Assembly: GCA_963726455.1 (NCBI GenBank)
Contig: CAVSCK010000005.1
Span: 352,001-416,000 of the forward strand
DNA length: 64,000 nt
From: an uncultured bacterium
GTDB lineage: Bacteria > Zixibacteria > MSB-5A5 > CAIYYT01
Direction of reading: 5' to 3'
A model generated the notes under the pieces. It did not search any database. It saw only the letters and a program-made list of their open reading frames with translations, and had not been told where the DNA came from. Below are positions 22,693-36,500 of the stretch, one piece after another (positions within the stretch are counted from its first letter, which is position 1; every line of letters starts with the position of its first letter). Made by a program: the position numbers and the translations under genes.

Positions 22693-24448
22693 ATGAAGAT
22701 GAAAACAAGAAATTCCAATCGGCTGATTTTCTGCGGTATCATTGCCGCCCTATTGAGCATGACAACGTTCGCATTCGCCCAGCAGACCGGGGATGTAATT
22801 TTCAAGGCGATGCAGGACGAACTGGATCGCAACATGTCGCAACTGGTGATGGAGAACCTGGAACACCCGTACTTCATCAGTTACACCATTGACGACGCGC
22901 AGCAACTGGACGTAAGCGCCAGTCTGGGGACACTCTCGCGTTCTCAGTTGGATCGCGGGCGTTATCTATCCGTGGATTTGCGAGTCGGCGACTACGCGCT
23001 GGACAATTCCAATTTCGTTTCCGGCTTTTCCGGATTCGGGGCCGATTATGCACCGCTGGCTCTGGATGACAATTACGACGCCATTCGGAATCAGATTTAT
23101 CTCGAGACCGACCAGGCATACAAGAATGCGCTGGAGACGATTTCCAAAAAGCGCGCCTATTTGCAGACACGCGTGATTACCAACCGCCCTGACGATTTCC
23201 TGAAGCTGCCGGCCAACCGGGTTATTGGCAAGCCGGAGCCGTTCGACCTCGACAAGGCGAAATTCGCACAGATGGCGGAAACGGCCACGGGGCTTTTCCG
23301 CGAATTTCCAAATATTATTTCCTCGGAGCTGAAAGTGCAGGGGGGAGTATCCAATCAATACCTGGTAAACTCCAATGGAACGCGCACTCTGCGCGGAGAC
23401 CGAATCTATGTGTTCGAGCTGTCGATGATGGGCAAAGGCAAAGACGGCGAGGACATTCTGGACGGTGACCGCATCATTGCCAAGAGCGCGGCGGAAATTC
23501 CATCCGCTGCCGACCTGACTGTCTGGGCCCGGAATAATGCGGAACGGATGAATCGGCTGCTTCAGGCCGACACGCTCGATGAATATGTCGGGCCAGTCTT
23601 GTTCACTGATGCGGCAGCCGGGGAATTTTTCCGGCAATTGTTCGTTCGCAATATCACGAACATACCGCAGCCGCTGTACGAGAACGAACAGATGGCCTCG
23701 GTTATGCAGGCAGCCGGCGGCGCATTCGGTGAAAAACTGAATCGCCGGGTTCTGCCGACTACCTTCACGGTTTACGATGACCCGACGGTGAACAAGGTCG
23801 GCAACAAAACCGTAGTCGGCGGATATTCGGTCGACGATGCCGGCGTGACTCCGCAGAAGGTCACTCTGGTACAGAACGGCAAGCTGGTAAGTCTGCTGAT
23901 CGGTGTGACACCGACGAAGAAGGTGAAGAGAGGCCAACGGGCATGCGCGGGGCGCTGTCGGCAAGGAAATCGCTGCCAAGCCGTCGAATCTCGTGTTCGA
24001 ATCGACTGACAAGGTATCGTACGACAAGCTCAAGGAGCGTATGATTACGTTCTGCAAGGATGTGGATCTTCCCTACGGGTTGATTGTGAAGCGCCTGCGC
24101 GATCCGAATGCGTCCAGTCCGGCATTTGCTTACAGTAACATGTTCATGCAGCGATCCGGCGCGGCGGAAGAATTGAGCGCACCCTGGGAGATTTACAAGC
24201 TGTACCCTGACGGACGTGAGGATCCGGTTCGCGGTTTGCAGTTCAATGACGTGACGACACGCATACTCAAGGACATCGATCAGACCGATGATCAGACGTT
24301 CGTTTACAGTTATCTTCTGAACAATGATCCTGAGATGGCATCGTCAATCGTTACACCGTCGGTGCTGGTAGAGGAAATGGAACTGAAGAAGAGCGAAGAA
24401 AAGGTCAAGAAGCCGCCGATTCTTCCCTCGCCTCTCGCGACGAAGTAA
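22693..24448 (+). CDS. TldE/PmbA-like partner with signal peptide; apparent +1 frameshift near 23928
   Basis: Paralogous to the upstream gene (AMQDELDR, DLRVGDY, YDDPT) but lacks HExxxH; NGHAR motif is restored by removing one base. Confidence 0.85.
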
Positions 24449-24468
24449 TTTCTTGTAACACAGCAACT

Positions 24469-24515
24469 AAGCCGGATTTCCGATGCAGGCAACACCTGCC
24501 GAAAATCCGGCTTTC
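24469..24515 (+). terminator. intrinsic terminator
   Basis: AAGCCGGATTT...AAATCCGGCTT stem followed by a short T-rich run. Confidence 0.65.
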
Positions 24516-24643
24516 TGGTTACGTTAAAATTTCCGCAAAATTGCCGAATAGACTTTACAGAGGCAAGCGTTCTGAACGCACAGCGCTCTAAGGTTGGGCT
24601 AGCAGAAAGCTCTGGTGATTATTGTTCTCGGGGAGTACTCGAA

Positions 24644-25534
24644 TTGGCAGATAACGGGTTTGACCAGACTTCGGTCACGACGACTTTACAAAAGCCGGCC
24701 GCCATGGCCAACGAAACGCAAAACCCGATGCTGGTCGTTCTGAACGGACCTCTGCTCGGCAAAGCATTTACAATTGACCGGCCGGTGCTGACAATCGGTC
24801 GCGCCAGCAACTGCGATATACATATTGATGACGAAAACGTCAGCCGCAATCACGCGGAACTATCGCTGCGGGACAAGCTGGTCTGGATCAAGGACAACGA
24901 GTCCACCAACGGCACGTTCATCAACTCCAAGAAGATAAGTGAAGTTCCGCTCAACGACGGCGATCTGGTACTGATCGGCCAGGTATTGTTCAAGTTCATA
25001 TACTCCAGCCCGGTTGAGAATCGTTTTTTCGGTCAGATGTATTCGCTGGCGACCACTGATTTCCTGACGGACATCGCCAACCGCCAACAGATAATCAATC
25101 TGCTGGAGCAGGAATTCCATCGCGCCCGCCGGTACGCAAGGGCGCTCAGTATCCTGATTTACGACATTGATCGTTTCAAGAGAATCAATGATACCTACGG
25201 GCATCTGGTCGGGGATCAAATGCTGATCGAGAGCAGCCGCATCGTCAAATCACACCTGCGTTCTGAAGATCATTTCGGACGCCTGGGCGGCGACGAGTTT
25301 CTCGTGATTTGTCCGGAAACCCAGGTCGACAATACGCTGGCCCTGGGCAAGCGATTACAGGTAGTATTGAGCAGAACCGACTTCGTGGTCGGCGACCGAT
25401 CAATCTTCTTCACCATCAGCGCCGGTGTTGCGCAAGTGACCTCCAAGGTCGCAACGCCGGACGAATTCATTGTGCTGGCAGACCAGGCGCTATACCGCGC
25501 CAAGAATGCCGGACGAAATCAATGTTCAAGCTGA
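24644..25534 (+). CDS. FHA-domain diguanylate cyclase
   Basis: FHA motifs IGR, VSRNHA, STNGTFIN; DIDRFKRINDTYGH; RSED I-site; GGDEF. Confidence 0.94.
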   Translation: MADNGFDQTSVTTTLQKPAAMANETQNPMLVVLNGPLLGKAFTIDRPVLTIGRASNCDIHIDDENVSRNHAELSLRDKLVWIKDNESTNGTFINSKKISEVPLNDGDLVLIGQVLFKFIYSSPVENRFFGQMYSLATTDFLTDIANRQQIINLLEQEFHRARRYARALSILIYDIDRFKRINDTYGHLVGDQMLIESSRIVKSHLRSEDHFGRLGGDEFLVICPETQVDNTLALGKRLQVVLSRTDFVVGDRSIFFTISAGVAQVTSKVATPDEFIVLADQALYRAKNAGRNQCSS

Positions 25535-25605
25535 GCCGACGCACAACTCTCTAATTCCGAATCACATTACGAACTGAGCGGTCGAAAAGCTGTTCTTGAA
25601 GTACG

Positions 25606-25639
25606 GAGACTCGCATTCCTTGTATCGAATGCGAGTCTC
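25606..25639. terminator. hairpin between convergent genes
   Basis: Perfect 13-bp stem GAGACTCGCATTC/GAATGCGAGTCTC. Confidence 0.65.
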
Positions 25640-25652
25640 TCGATTTCGATTC

Positions 25653-27752
25653 TTACTTGCAGGTGGCGCAGGGCGCCGGTCCGCCGCCGAAAATGTAGGA
25701 TATCAAATAGACGGCGTCAGAGATATCAACTGCCTGATCGCAATTTCCATCGCCGGCTATAAGCGGGCTGGGCGCCGGTCCGCCGGAGAAGATGTAGCCG
25801 ATCAGGAATACGGCGTCGGAAATATCTATCGACGAACTGTTATCGGCATCGCCACAGGCATACGGGGGTTGCGCGACTGTCATGATGATGTCGGTCGTGT
25901 CTGATTTGACAGGGCTGCCGGTATCATCACAGGTGATAGTGAAGTAGAAGGTAGACTTGTAGGTCGGCGCACCGTAAAGTCTGCCGGCGCTGCCACCCTC
26001 GAAGGTCATGCCGTACGGCAAGTCTCCGCCCAACATTGCCCAAGTATATGTCCCTGTTCCTCCCACGGAGTGGAAATTGTAGTCGAGGTTCTGTCGGTAC
26101 CAAACAGTGTCGGGCAGGTCCTGACGATGGATGTGCACGAATCCGTCGCAGGCATCGCCGACGCCATCGCCGTTCTCATCATACTGGTCATTGTTGGGAA
26201 CCGTGGGGCAGTTGTCGCAGGCGTCGCCGAGAGTGTCAGCATCGCTCGCTTGTTGATCGATGTTGACGACGAAATCGCAATTGTCGGACAAGTTCAACAA
26301 TCCGTCGCCGTCTATGTCAGGATCGCAGACATCGCCGAGGCCGTCGCCATCAACGTCGCCTTGATTATGATTGGCGACACTCGGGCAATTGTCGCAGACG
26401 TCGCCGACACCGTCCTGATCCGCATCCGCCTGATTGGCATTCGCGATCATCGGGCAGTTATCGGAAGCGTTGAGAACGCCATCACCGTCAAAGTCGGGCT
26501 GGGGTTGAATGTGAGTGTAGATCGCTTCCTGGCTGGAATTGCAGCCCCAGTCGCAGAAGTAGTTGTCGACGGCGTACCAGGCATTGTTCGAGTTGGCCCA
26601 GCCGTAGTTCAGGTGGTACCGGTTGACTCCACCGGTGTTGTTCCAGCCGTCGATCACCAGCGCGTGACTGGTGATTTGCAGATAGATCGGACGCGATGCA
26701 TCAATTTCGGCTTTGATCAAGTTGAACCACTGGGTCGCGTTGTAGCTGTTGCGGCCGTAAACAGCGATGCTGTTTTGATAGCGAAAGTGATTTATCAGAG
26801 CTTCCGGGACATCCATGCTGTACGCGCCGGACGCACAGGCGCCGTACATCATATTGACCACGACGCCGGCTTCGTAATTGAGCTCGGCAACTGCGTTCTT
26901 CTGCGCCACTGTTGAGGCGCCGTTCACTGTATCTTTGATGTTCGCCCAATCGTAAGGATCACTGCAGTCGACCTGCAAATTCCCACCGGGAGTGTTGCCA
27001 CCCGTACAGGAGTAATCGCCGCTCCAGTAATAGTAATGCGTAGCGGCGCCCGCAGGCGGGCATTTCCAGTAATTCATTATCTGAGCCATCGTTGTCGCCA
27101 CACAGCCGACGACGCATTGACCGCCATAGCCTTGCGGACAGAACTGGTTGTACGGATAGTCCTGATGCCAATTAGAAGTCAGGAGTGGACCGACCTGCGT
27201 TTGAGGCGACATGGGGGTCTTGGCCATTGCCTGCTTGAACGTCCGGCTGTCGACAGAGAAACGATTCCACTCGTCGCGCTCCTCGCGTGAGAAGATTGCC
27301 GTACTGGAAGCGGGCTGAGCGGCGTCGATGCTGCCGTAATTCTGAATGAAGAGACGCATCTGATGAATCAGATTTTCGCGCACGAGTTGAACCAGTCCGC
27401 CGGTCTCATTGACGTCGAAGCCGGAGGTCAAGCCGTACAGTTTCACAGGCGCCAATTCTTTCATCACCGGAACCAGCACAAAACCGCGCGGGGACACCGA
27501 GTAGACTTTGGCGAGTAGCGTGTCGTTCCAGGTCAAATCGTTCAATGAACTAATCTGCGGCGAATTTTCCCCAGCCCAACTTCCCGGCTGGTTGCCGACA
27601 AAGGTCAGCCAGTTGGCGGCGACATTGTTCATTTCAACGACTGACGCTCTTTCTCCCAGCAGTCCGGGCGCCCAGCACAGCGAAAGCAGGACGAATACCA
27701 GAAGTGCCAATTTCGGGAGGATGTTGTTACAAAGCTTTGGCAGTTTGGTCAT
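25653..27752 (-). CDS. secreted C10 (streptopain-like) cysteine peptidase with TSP3 repeats, Ig-like domain and C-terminal dockerin-like domain
   Basis: [19 protein letters not shown] (Cys), HALVIDG (His), HLNYGW; DxDxDGxGDxCDNCP repeats; CGDAD..IDISDAV x2. Confidence 0.92.
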   Translation of the reverse strand: MTKLPKLCNNILPKLALLVFVLLSLCWAPGLLGERASVVEMNNVAANWLTFVGNQPGSWAGENSPQISSLNDLTWNDTLLAKVYSVSPRGFVLVPVMKELAPVKLYGLTSGFDVNETGGLVQLVRENLIHQMRLFIQNYGSIDAAQPASSTAIFSREERDEWNRFSVDSRTFKQAMAKTPMSPQTQVGPLLTSNWHQDYPYNQFCPQGYGGQCVVGCVATTMAQIMNYWKCPPAGAATHYYYWSGDYSCTGGNTPGGNLQVDCSDPYDWANIKDTVNGASTVAQKNAVAELNYEAGVVVNMMYGACASGAYSMDVPEALINHFRYQNSIAVYGRNSYNATQWFNLIKAEIDASRPIYLQITSHALVIDGWNNTGGVNRYHLNYGWANSNNAWYAVDNYFCDWGCNSSQEAIYTHIQPQPDFDGDGVLNASDNCPMIANANQADADQDGVGDVCDNCPSVANHNQGDVDGDGLGDVCDPDIDGDGLLNLSDNCDFVVNIDQQASDADTLGDACDNCPTVPNNDQYDENGDGVGDACDGFVHIHRQDLPDTVWYRQNLDYNFHSVGGTGTYTWAMLGGDLPYGMTFEGGSAGRLYGAPTYKSTFYFTITCDDTGSPVKSDTTDIIMTVAQPPYACGDADNSSSIDISDAVFLIGYIFSGGPAPSPLIAGDGNCDQAVDISDAVYLISYIFGGGPAPCATCK

Positions 27753-28099
27753 ATCTTCGAAGCTCCTTTTGGTACCTTATTTTCTATATGCAAATTCGAC
27801 CGTAACGCGGTCAGCAGATAAGCCGGCCACCGCGATTCAGTCCAGGAAATTGTATTTACAGTTCGCCTCGCGAATGTATTCGAGCAAGTATATATCCACA
27901 ATATAGTTAATCGACCAATAAGTCAAGTTGTTTTGCCCTGATTCGCCGATTTCGCAGGTTATGGTTGCGGTATTATGGCTGTCTCATTCTGCGACAGTAC
28001 TGCATAGCTGCGCGAATCAACTTGAGGTTTGTCTTCTCTGAATGAAACGTGCGGGATGGTCGGATGGATGAAGTGTAGAGAAGATTGATAGCAGACCAG

Positions 28100-28132
28100 A
28101 AACAAGAAAGGGACAGCCGCTGCAACTGTCCC
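28100..28132 (-). terminator. intrinsic terminator of the small basic ORF
   Basis: Minus strand GGGACAG-TTGCAGCGG-CTGTCCC-TTTCTTGTTT. Confidence 0.75.
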
Positions 28133-28157
28133 CTAAATTCACATGAGTGTGAGTCCC

Positions 28158-28283
28158 CTACTTCTTGCCTTTGTGCAAGTGACAGTATTTAGCCGGCGGG
28201 GCAACCATCAGGGCGCACTTCTTGCCTTCCCTGGTCTTGCCGGCGCACCGGATTTTCTTTGCTACTTTCTTAGCTTTGCGCAA
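28158..28283 (-). CDS. 41-aa basic CCCH zinc-knuckle-like protein (DUF5763-like; not in ORF track)
   Basis: SD AAGGAGG 6 nt before TTG; MRKAKKVAKKIRCAGKTREGKKCALMVAPPAKYCHLHKGKK; own terminator. Confidence 0.8.
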   Translation of the reverse strand: MRKAKKVAKKIRCAGKTREGKKCALMVAPPAKYCHLHKGKK

Positions 28284-28531
28284 CACTCACCTCCTTGAAA
28301 TTAGGGTTAGGTTGGTATTAGTTTGCCAGTGTTGAAAAATGGTGTCAACAAAAACATTGTCTTTGATTCCATCTTTCGCGCGTCCGACCTGAGACATTCT
28401 TCGGCTTAATGTCCGCCGAAACAACACCAATCTGACCGCGATAGTCAGGAGTGAGCGAATGAATTGTTGAATTACTTCTGCCGAAACAATAAGTGCTTGG
28501 AACGAATGGCGGGAAATGGTATGAATAAAAT

Positions 28532-29920
28532 ATGAAGATCGTATCCACCGTTGATGAAGCAATCAATCCCTCGATATTGAAACCCGGCAAGGTAATCTAC
28601 ACCTCCGGCAACGCCGCTACTCCGCAAGTGTTGTTGGGACAGATCGCGAAAGACAAGTCGATCAAAGGCGTGTCGATATACGGCGTGCTGCTGTTGGGCG
28701 AGTCGTTGCGTCCGTTGTTTTCCGAAGAACGTTGCCGCGACATCACGCATCGGGTGATCTTCGCAAGCTATCTCACTCGCGAAGCAGTTAACAACGGTTG
28801 GGCGTTCTACCATCCGATGCATTTATCGGAAATTCCGAAATTCATGAAGTTGAGAATGAAGCCCAACGTTGCAGTTGTCTCAGTTTCGGGCCCGGACATT
28901 GGGGGACGTTACAGTCTAGGGACAACAGTTGAGGGAGTTCTTTCGGCTGTTGAGTACTGCAATGCCAACGGGGGGATCGTCGTCGCCGAACGCAACAAAC
29001 AGATGCCGTTCGTGCTTGGCACGACCATACCGGAAGAAAGCATCGACTACCTGGTGGAAGCAGATTACCCTCTGCCGACAAGCCCCACCAAACAGGCGGA
29101 CGCTGTTGCCACGCGAATCGGCGAGATCATCGCCGCGCTTTATGTTGAGGACGGTTCCCGCGACAAACCGGGTTCGACCTTGCAGTACGGCATCGGCGAG
29201 GTCCCTGAAGCGGTAACGACGGCGATTCTGGAAAAGGGGGTTCGCGATCTCGGAATACATACCGAGTTGTTTTCCGGCGCGCTGGCCCGGCTGGTCAAGG
29301 CGGGCGTGGTGAGCAATCGCTGGAAGAAACATCTCAACTTCGCGGTGTCGTCGATATTTCTGGCTGAAGACCAGGCGGGTTACGATTGGCTGGCCTACAA
29401 CAGCGCAGTGCAAAGCCGTCCCAGCAACTACACCAACAGCGTATTCAAAATTGCGGAGCATCCGAAAATGGTTTCGATAAACAGCGCCATCGGAGTTGAT
29501 CTCCACGGCAATATCTGGGCGGATTCGCTGGATGCCCGCAAGATATATTCGGGAGTCGGCGGGCAAAGCGACTTCATCCGCGGAGCACAATATTCAGACG
29601 GTGGTTTGGCGATTATAGCGCTCAAGTCGATCACCAAGGACGGCGTTTCGAAGATTATTGATCGTTCACCGGCAGGCATAACGACTACCGCGATTCCTGC
29701 CGATCAGGTAATTCTCGTGACTGAAAACGGGGCATTTGATCGACGCGGTTTGAGTTTAGGGGAGCGTGCGATCGGGATTGCACATCTGGCACAACCGGAA
29801 CATCGCGACCAATTGCTCAAGACGATTGCCGATGATCCGGCGTTTCATAAGCCGGCGTACTCGGTCACGCGCGGTATTCCCGGATTTACGCCTTACGAGG
29901 AAGCTGTAAAACATCTGTAA
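28532..29920 (+). CDS. acetyl-CoA hydrolase / 4-hydroxybutyrate CoA-transferase family
   Basis: LQYGIG, LGIHTE (catalytic Glu), SGVGGQSDFIRGA, VTENG. Confidence 0.92.
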   Translation: MKIVSTVDEAINPSILKPGKVIYTSGNAATPQVLLGQIAKDKSIKGVSIYGVLLLGESLRPLFSEERCRDITHRVIFASYLTREAVNNGWAFYHPMHLSEIPKFMKLRMKPNVAVVSVSGPDIGGRYSLGTTVEGVLSAVEYCNANGGIVVAERNKQMPFVLGTTIPEESIDYLVEADYPLPTSPTKQADAVATRIGEIIAALYVEDGSRDKPGSTLQYGIGEVPEAVTTAILEKGVRDLGIHTELFSGALARLVKAGVVSNRWKKHLNFAVSSIFLAEDQAGYDWLAYNSAVQSRPSNYTNSVFKIAEHPKMVSINSAIGVDLHGNIWADSLDARKIYSGVGGQSDFIRGAQYSDGGLAIIALKSITKDGVSKIIDRSPAGITTTAIPADQVILVTENGAFDRRGLSLGERAIGIAHLAQPEHRDQLLKTIADDPAFHKPAYSVTRGIPGFTPYEEAVKHL

Positions 29921-29962
29921 AGAGCCGGAACCGCATCCGCACGTAAATCACCAGCTGCCCGC

Positions 29963-31975
<2,013 letters not shown>

Positions 31976-32010
31976 ACTGAGTCCATCCTTGTCCTTCTTA
32001 ACAAACCTCG

Positions 32011-33327
32011 TTAGGCCGGGTTCCCTGCACTCGTTGCCTTAAAGATGGCTCTCGGGGCATACAGCGTCAAGGTAATACCGCGAATCGCCATGAAAGTCGT
32101 CATCGCCAGCCAGAGACTGTGGTTGCCAAGCCAGCCGTGCGTGAGATAATACACTGGAAGAAAGAACACCAGCGTTGCGAGAACCATCGATATCACCATG
32201 GCCTTGGTAGCGGTGGCGCCAATGAATACGCCATCCCAGATGAAAGAGGCCGCATTGACCAGGGGCGCCGCCACGGTCCAGCCGATGAAGGTAAGCGCCG
32301 TTACTATGACATCCTGTTTGTCGGTGAATAGGTGAAGAATCGTAGTGCCGAGCAAAAGATATACAAGTGAGGCCGCCACACTTAATCCGCCCGCCCACGC
32401 AAACAGATGTTTGACGGCCCGCTTAAGGTTGTCGGGATCGCGGGCACCGAAGTATTTCCCGACCATGCTCTCGGCGGCATAGGCAAAGCCGTCGATGCCA
32501 AAAGACAGAAACATCCAGAGCTGCATTAATATTGCATTGGCGGCGAGAATGGTATCGCCACTGGCGGCGGATTTCGCGGTAAAGAAGGAATAGGCGATGA
32601 TCAACAGCAGCGTGCGCACAAAGATGTCACGGTTGACGTTGAGAAAACGGCGGAACTCTTTTATTTCCAGCACCCTCTTGCTGATCAGGTGGTGCAGGTA
32701 TTCACGATAGGTGCGCGACAACAAGATGACTGCCAACAACACGCCAAGATAATTGGCGATCACCGAACCGAGAGCGACGCCGGCGGTCTTCATGCCGAGA
32801 ACTCGCAGCAGGAAGATATCGATAGAGATGGTAATGGCATTCACGGAGATGGCAACGATCATGGGAAAGCGGGCGTTCTGCATACCGAGAAACCAACCCT
32901 GAAACGCATAGATAGCCAATACCGCCGGTGCGCTCCAGATGCGAATGTGATAATAGATTTCGGCCTGTGTCCTGACTTCCGGGCTCGCATGCACAATATC
33001 GAATACGATCCGGCTGATCGGACCCTGAAGCGCGACCAACGAAATTCCGGCGACTGCGGCAACCAACAACGCCCGCGCCAAAGTGAGTGCGCCGCCCGAG
33101 TAATCCTTGCGGCCGAATGCCTGCGCGGTTAATCCGGTGGTGCCCATCCGTAGGAATCCGAGTCCCCAAAACAGGATGTCGAAAATCATACCGCCGACGG
33201 CCACACCTCCCAGATAGAAGGTCTGATCCAGATGGCCGACCAGGGCGGTATCGACCGAACTCAGAAGCGGCACCGTGATGTTACTGATGATGCTGGGAAT
33301 GGCGAGTTTGAGGATGTCTTTATTCAC
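32011..33327 (-). CDS. MATE efflux transporter (DinF-like)
   Basis: LAIPSIISNITVPLL, FLRMGTTGLTAQAFG, about 12 TMs. Confidence 0.93.
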   Translation of the reverse strand: MNKDILKLAIPSIISNITVPLLSSVDTALVGHLDQTFYLGGVAVGGMIFDILFWGLGFLRMGTTGLTAQAFGRKDYSGGALTLARALLVAAVAGISLVALQGPISRIVFDIVHASPEVRTQAEIYYHIRIWSAPAVLAIYAFQGWFLGMQNARFPMIVAISVNAITISIDIFLLRVLGMKTAGVALGSVIANYLGVLLAVILLSRTYREYLHHLISKRVLEIKEFRRFLNVNRDIFVRTLLLIIAYSFFTAKSAASGDTILAANAILMQLWMFLSFGIDGFAYAAESMVGKYFGARDPDNLKRAVKHLFAWAGGLSVAASLVYLLLGTTILHLFTDKQDVIVTALTFIGWTVAAPLVNAASFIWDGVFIGATATKAMVISMVLATLVFFLPVYYLTHGWLGNHSLWLAMTTFMAIRGITLTLYAPRAIFKATSAGNPA

Positions 33328-33459
33328 GCATTGAACCCGGAGTCAAATGCCTTTGGAAAGAGCCGCGCATTACCGGCGTCGGCAATTTCTCGATCTGCTA
33401 GTTTACGGATACAGAGAATGCGCGCAACAGAAAATCCTTGGTGGAAATCAGGAGGCCGG

Positions 33460-33496
33460 AAACAAAACAGCCGCCAGAAGAAACTTCTGACGGCTG
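33460..33496 (-). terminator. intrinsic terminator
   Basis: Minus strand CAGCCGTCAGAAG-TTT-CTTCTGGCGGCTG-TTTTGTTT. Confidence 0.75.
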
Positions 33497-33532
33497 AATG
33501 TCGGGCAGTAAAAGGGCTTAGCGCCCGTTCTG

Positions 33533-36500
33533 CTACTTACATGCTGCACACGGCGCAGGGCCACCGCTGAAGATGTAGGCAATCAAGTAGACGGCGTCCG
33601 AGATATCGGGAGCGCCGCTGCAATCGGGATCACCTGCCGCCATGGGTTGCGGCGCCGGGCCGCCGGAGAATATGTAAGCGATCAAGTATACTACGTCGGA
33701 GATATCGACACTGCCGCCGGCATCAGCGTCACCACAAACAAAAGCGCCAGCCGTGGTGAAGTGCCAGAGGGCGCCAGCAGTGCTTTCGCCATGCGAATCG
33801 TGCGCTACGATTTTCCAGTAATAGAGAGTGTTCGGAAGCAAGGCGGCACCGGGTGTGTACGACGTTGCTGTTTGTCCCGAACTTACCGACGGCGGCGGAT
33901 CAGTCGTGCCCAGAAGCACGTCGTAAGTTACCACGTCGCCGGCATCAGGATCGCCACCGGTCCAGTTGAGCGAAGTCGTGGTGACTATGCCGGTCGCGGC
34001 ATTAACGGGAGTCGGGTTGGATGGGACATTGGGTGCATGGTTCACTACGGTGTTGATTCCTCCGGAGAGGCAATAGATGTCACCGTAGCGACCGCCTGCC
34101 ACCATTTCCCAGGAATTGTCGCCGACGATGTCGGGGATAGCCGTAATTGCATCAACCGGCTGGCTGAACGGCACTGACTTCACTTCCGTGCCGTCGGTCC
34201 CGCTCAGGAAGTAGCAGAAGTTGCTTTGGTAGAGCGTGCCAATATATGCATCATTAATGCCGTCACCGTTCACGTCACTGCCGCGAGCAACGTTCCATGA
34301 CTTGTCAGCCAAAGGAACGGACCAGATTATCTGTCCGGTCTGGCCACTGATTGCGGCGGCATTCGTGTTCCAATGACCCGGCAGAAGATCGGTATGGCCG
34401 TCGCCGTTGAGATCGTCCATGCGTTGCAGACGCAGGATTGAGCCAAAGCCGGAGGCCGTCCACAAAACAGCGCCGGTTCTGGCGTTGACACCAAAGACAT
34501 TGCCGGTAGTTACCGAGAAGTCTCCCACCGCGATGTCCTTAGTACCGTCGCCGTTGATATCGTCGATTTGCGCCAATGCCCAAACGGAAGATCCGGGGAC
34601 GCTCATCGGCCAGATAACTGCGCCGTTAAGACCGTTGATCGCAAACGCAAAGCCAGCAGTTTCCGCGGAGTTAGAAGCGCCCGCGATCACGTCCGGCTTA
34701 CCGTCGCCGTTGAGGTCTTCGACCCCGAGCACACTGAATACGGCTCCGTCAAGCGGGCATTCCCACAGCGACAGGCCGTTTACGCCATTGAGGCAGTAAA
34801 CGCGTTTGGGGCCGGTATTGTAGGCGTCGTTGCCGGTAGCTGCGAGCACATCCACGATGCCGTCACCATTGTAGTCATAACGCGCATCAACTTGGTATAC
34901 CCAGCCACCCTCGCCATATTCGTGAGTGTCGTGTGTCCAGATTTCGCCGCCGGTCCTGCCGTTAAGCATTCTTATCAGACGTCCGCCCCAGGCGGCGCCC
35001 ACGGCAACATCCTGATAACCGTCGTGGTTAACATCAGCACAGACGGACAAAGCCGTTTGTTGATAGACCGCGCCGGCATAAATGAAGTGCTCCCAAAGAA
35101 TGTCTGCAGTGCCATCGGAATTGCCGTTGACGGCGCGGATGTAGTCATCCTCGGTACAAATGATGACGTCGGGAATTCCGTCGCCGTTGATATCGTTGAT
35201 TGGCGCCATCGCTTTGGGGCTGTTATCCGAAGCGTCGGTAATGTGAAGTTGCCAGAGTGTGTCGCCGATCGGATGGTCTTCTTTGACGCCGGTTCCGCTG
35301 ACAGAGGCGAGAATCGGATCGTGGCCGGCATCATTGCTGAACACCGAGAGCGTGCCAGAATATACCTCGCTGGCAAACGGATGGAACCAGATTCCGATTC
35401 TGGCGGTGTCCATCGGAGCCAGATAGATCGGGAATTCAATGCCTGTCTCAACGCTAAAGTGGGTGTCGGATGAACTGATACTGTTCACGGAAAGGTTGGA
35501 ACTGCCCATATTGACAATCGTCAGAAACCAACGCGTGTAGGCGCCTGCGCGCACCGAGCCATAGTTGTGCAGAGTTTCCGGCAGCGAGATCCAGGGGCCG
35601 GAGTATACGGCGTTGCCGACGATGTTCACGGTGACACCCGGATGAACGGGATCATTGGAATTGATGGTTGCGGTCGCCGATAGAGGGCCAACGCTGGTGG
35701 GTGCATAGACAAACGGCACCTCGACCTGTGTGGATGGCGGAATTGTTATGGGAAAGTCGGCGTTGCAGTAAAATGAAGGCGGCCCGGACACGGACACACC
35801 GTTGATAACGAGATTAGCCGTTCCGGTATTCTGAACCACACAGTTCCAGGTTTGAGTGGTATTGACGGGAACGTTACCGTAATCGAAGCTGTTTACCGGC
35901 AAAGTAATTACCGGCGTGCCTGTGCCTGAGAGATCAATCTTATAGAGGCGGTCATAAGTACCACTGGCGCCGTCATCGCAATACCAGAGATAGGTACCAT
36001 CCCAGACGATACCGGCCGGATCGATACCCTGCGACGGATGACTTTCCACGGAAAGGCCGGTGGTGGTGTCGATCTTGTATAGTGCATTGCCCCAATAGTC
36101 GGCTTGCCACAAGAATCCCCCCTGAAGACACAGGTCCCAGGGCTGATTGTTGGGAGCGTTGAATTGGCGGATGATGCCGCCGGAACTGTTGACTTTGTAG
36201 ATGACGCTGGGATCAGGATAATACTGTGCTACCCAGTAGTTGCCGTTGTCGTAGGCAATGCCGGACACATATTGAGCCGGCAGATTGAATTGTGAAACCA
36301 GCGCCCCCGCCAAGGTGAACTTGATGGCCTTGGCCGGATTAGAAGGGTGATCGGTTGTCACAAGATTCGTGCCGTCAAAAGTCAGGCCATACGAAGTCGA
36401 CTGCGGACCGGTGCATTGAAGCGAATAAACACCGGTTGACGGATTGATTCGATAGATTTGGCCGTTGCCGTAAATACCGCAATACAGCCAGGTGCCATCC

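Noticed and set aside
26140-26500. Tandem repeats suggestive of an array
   Set aside because: Protein-coding TSP3 calcium-binding repeats, not CRISPR
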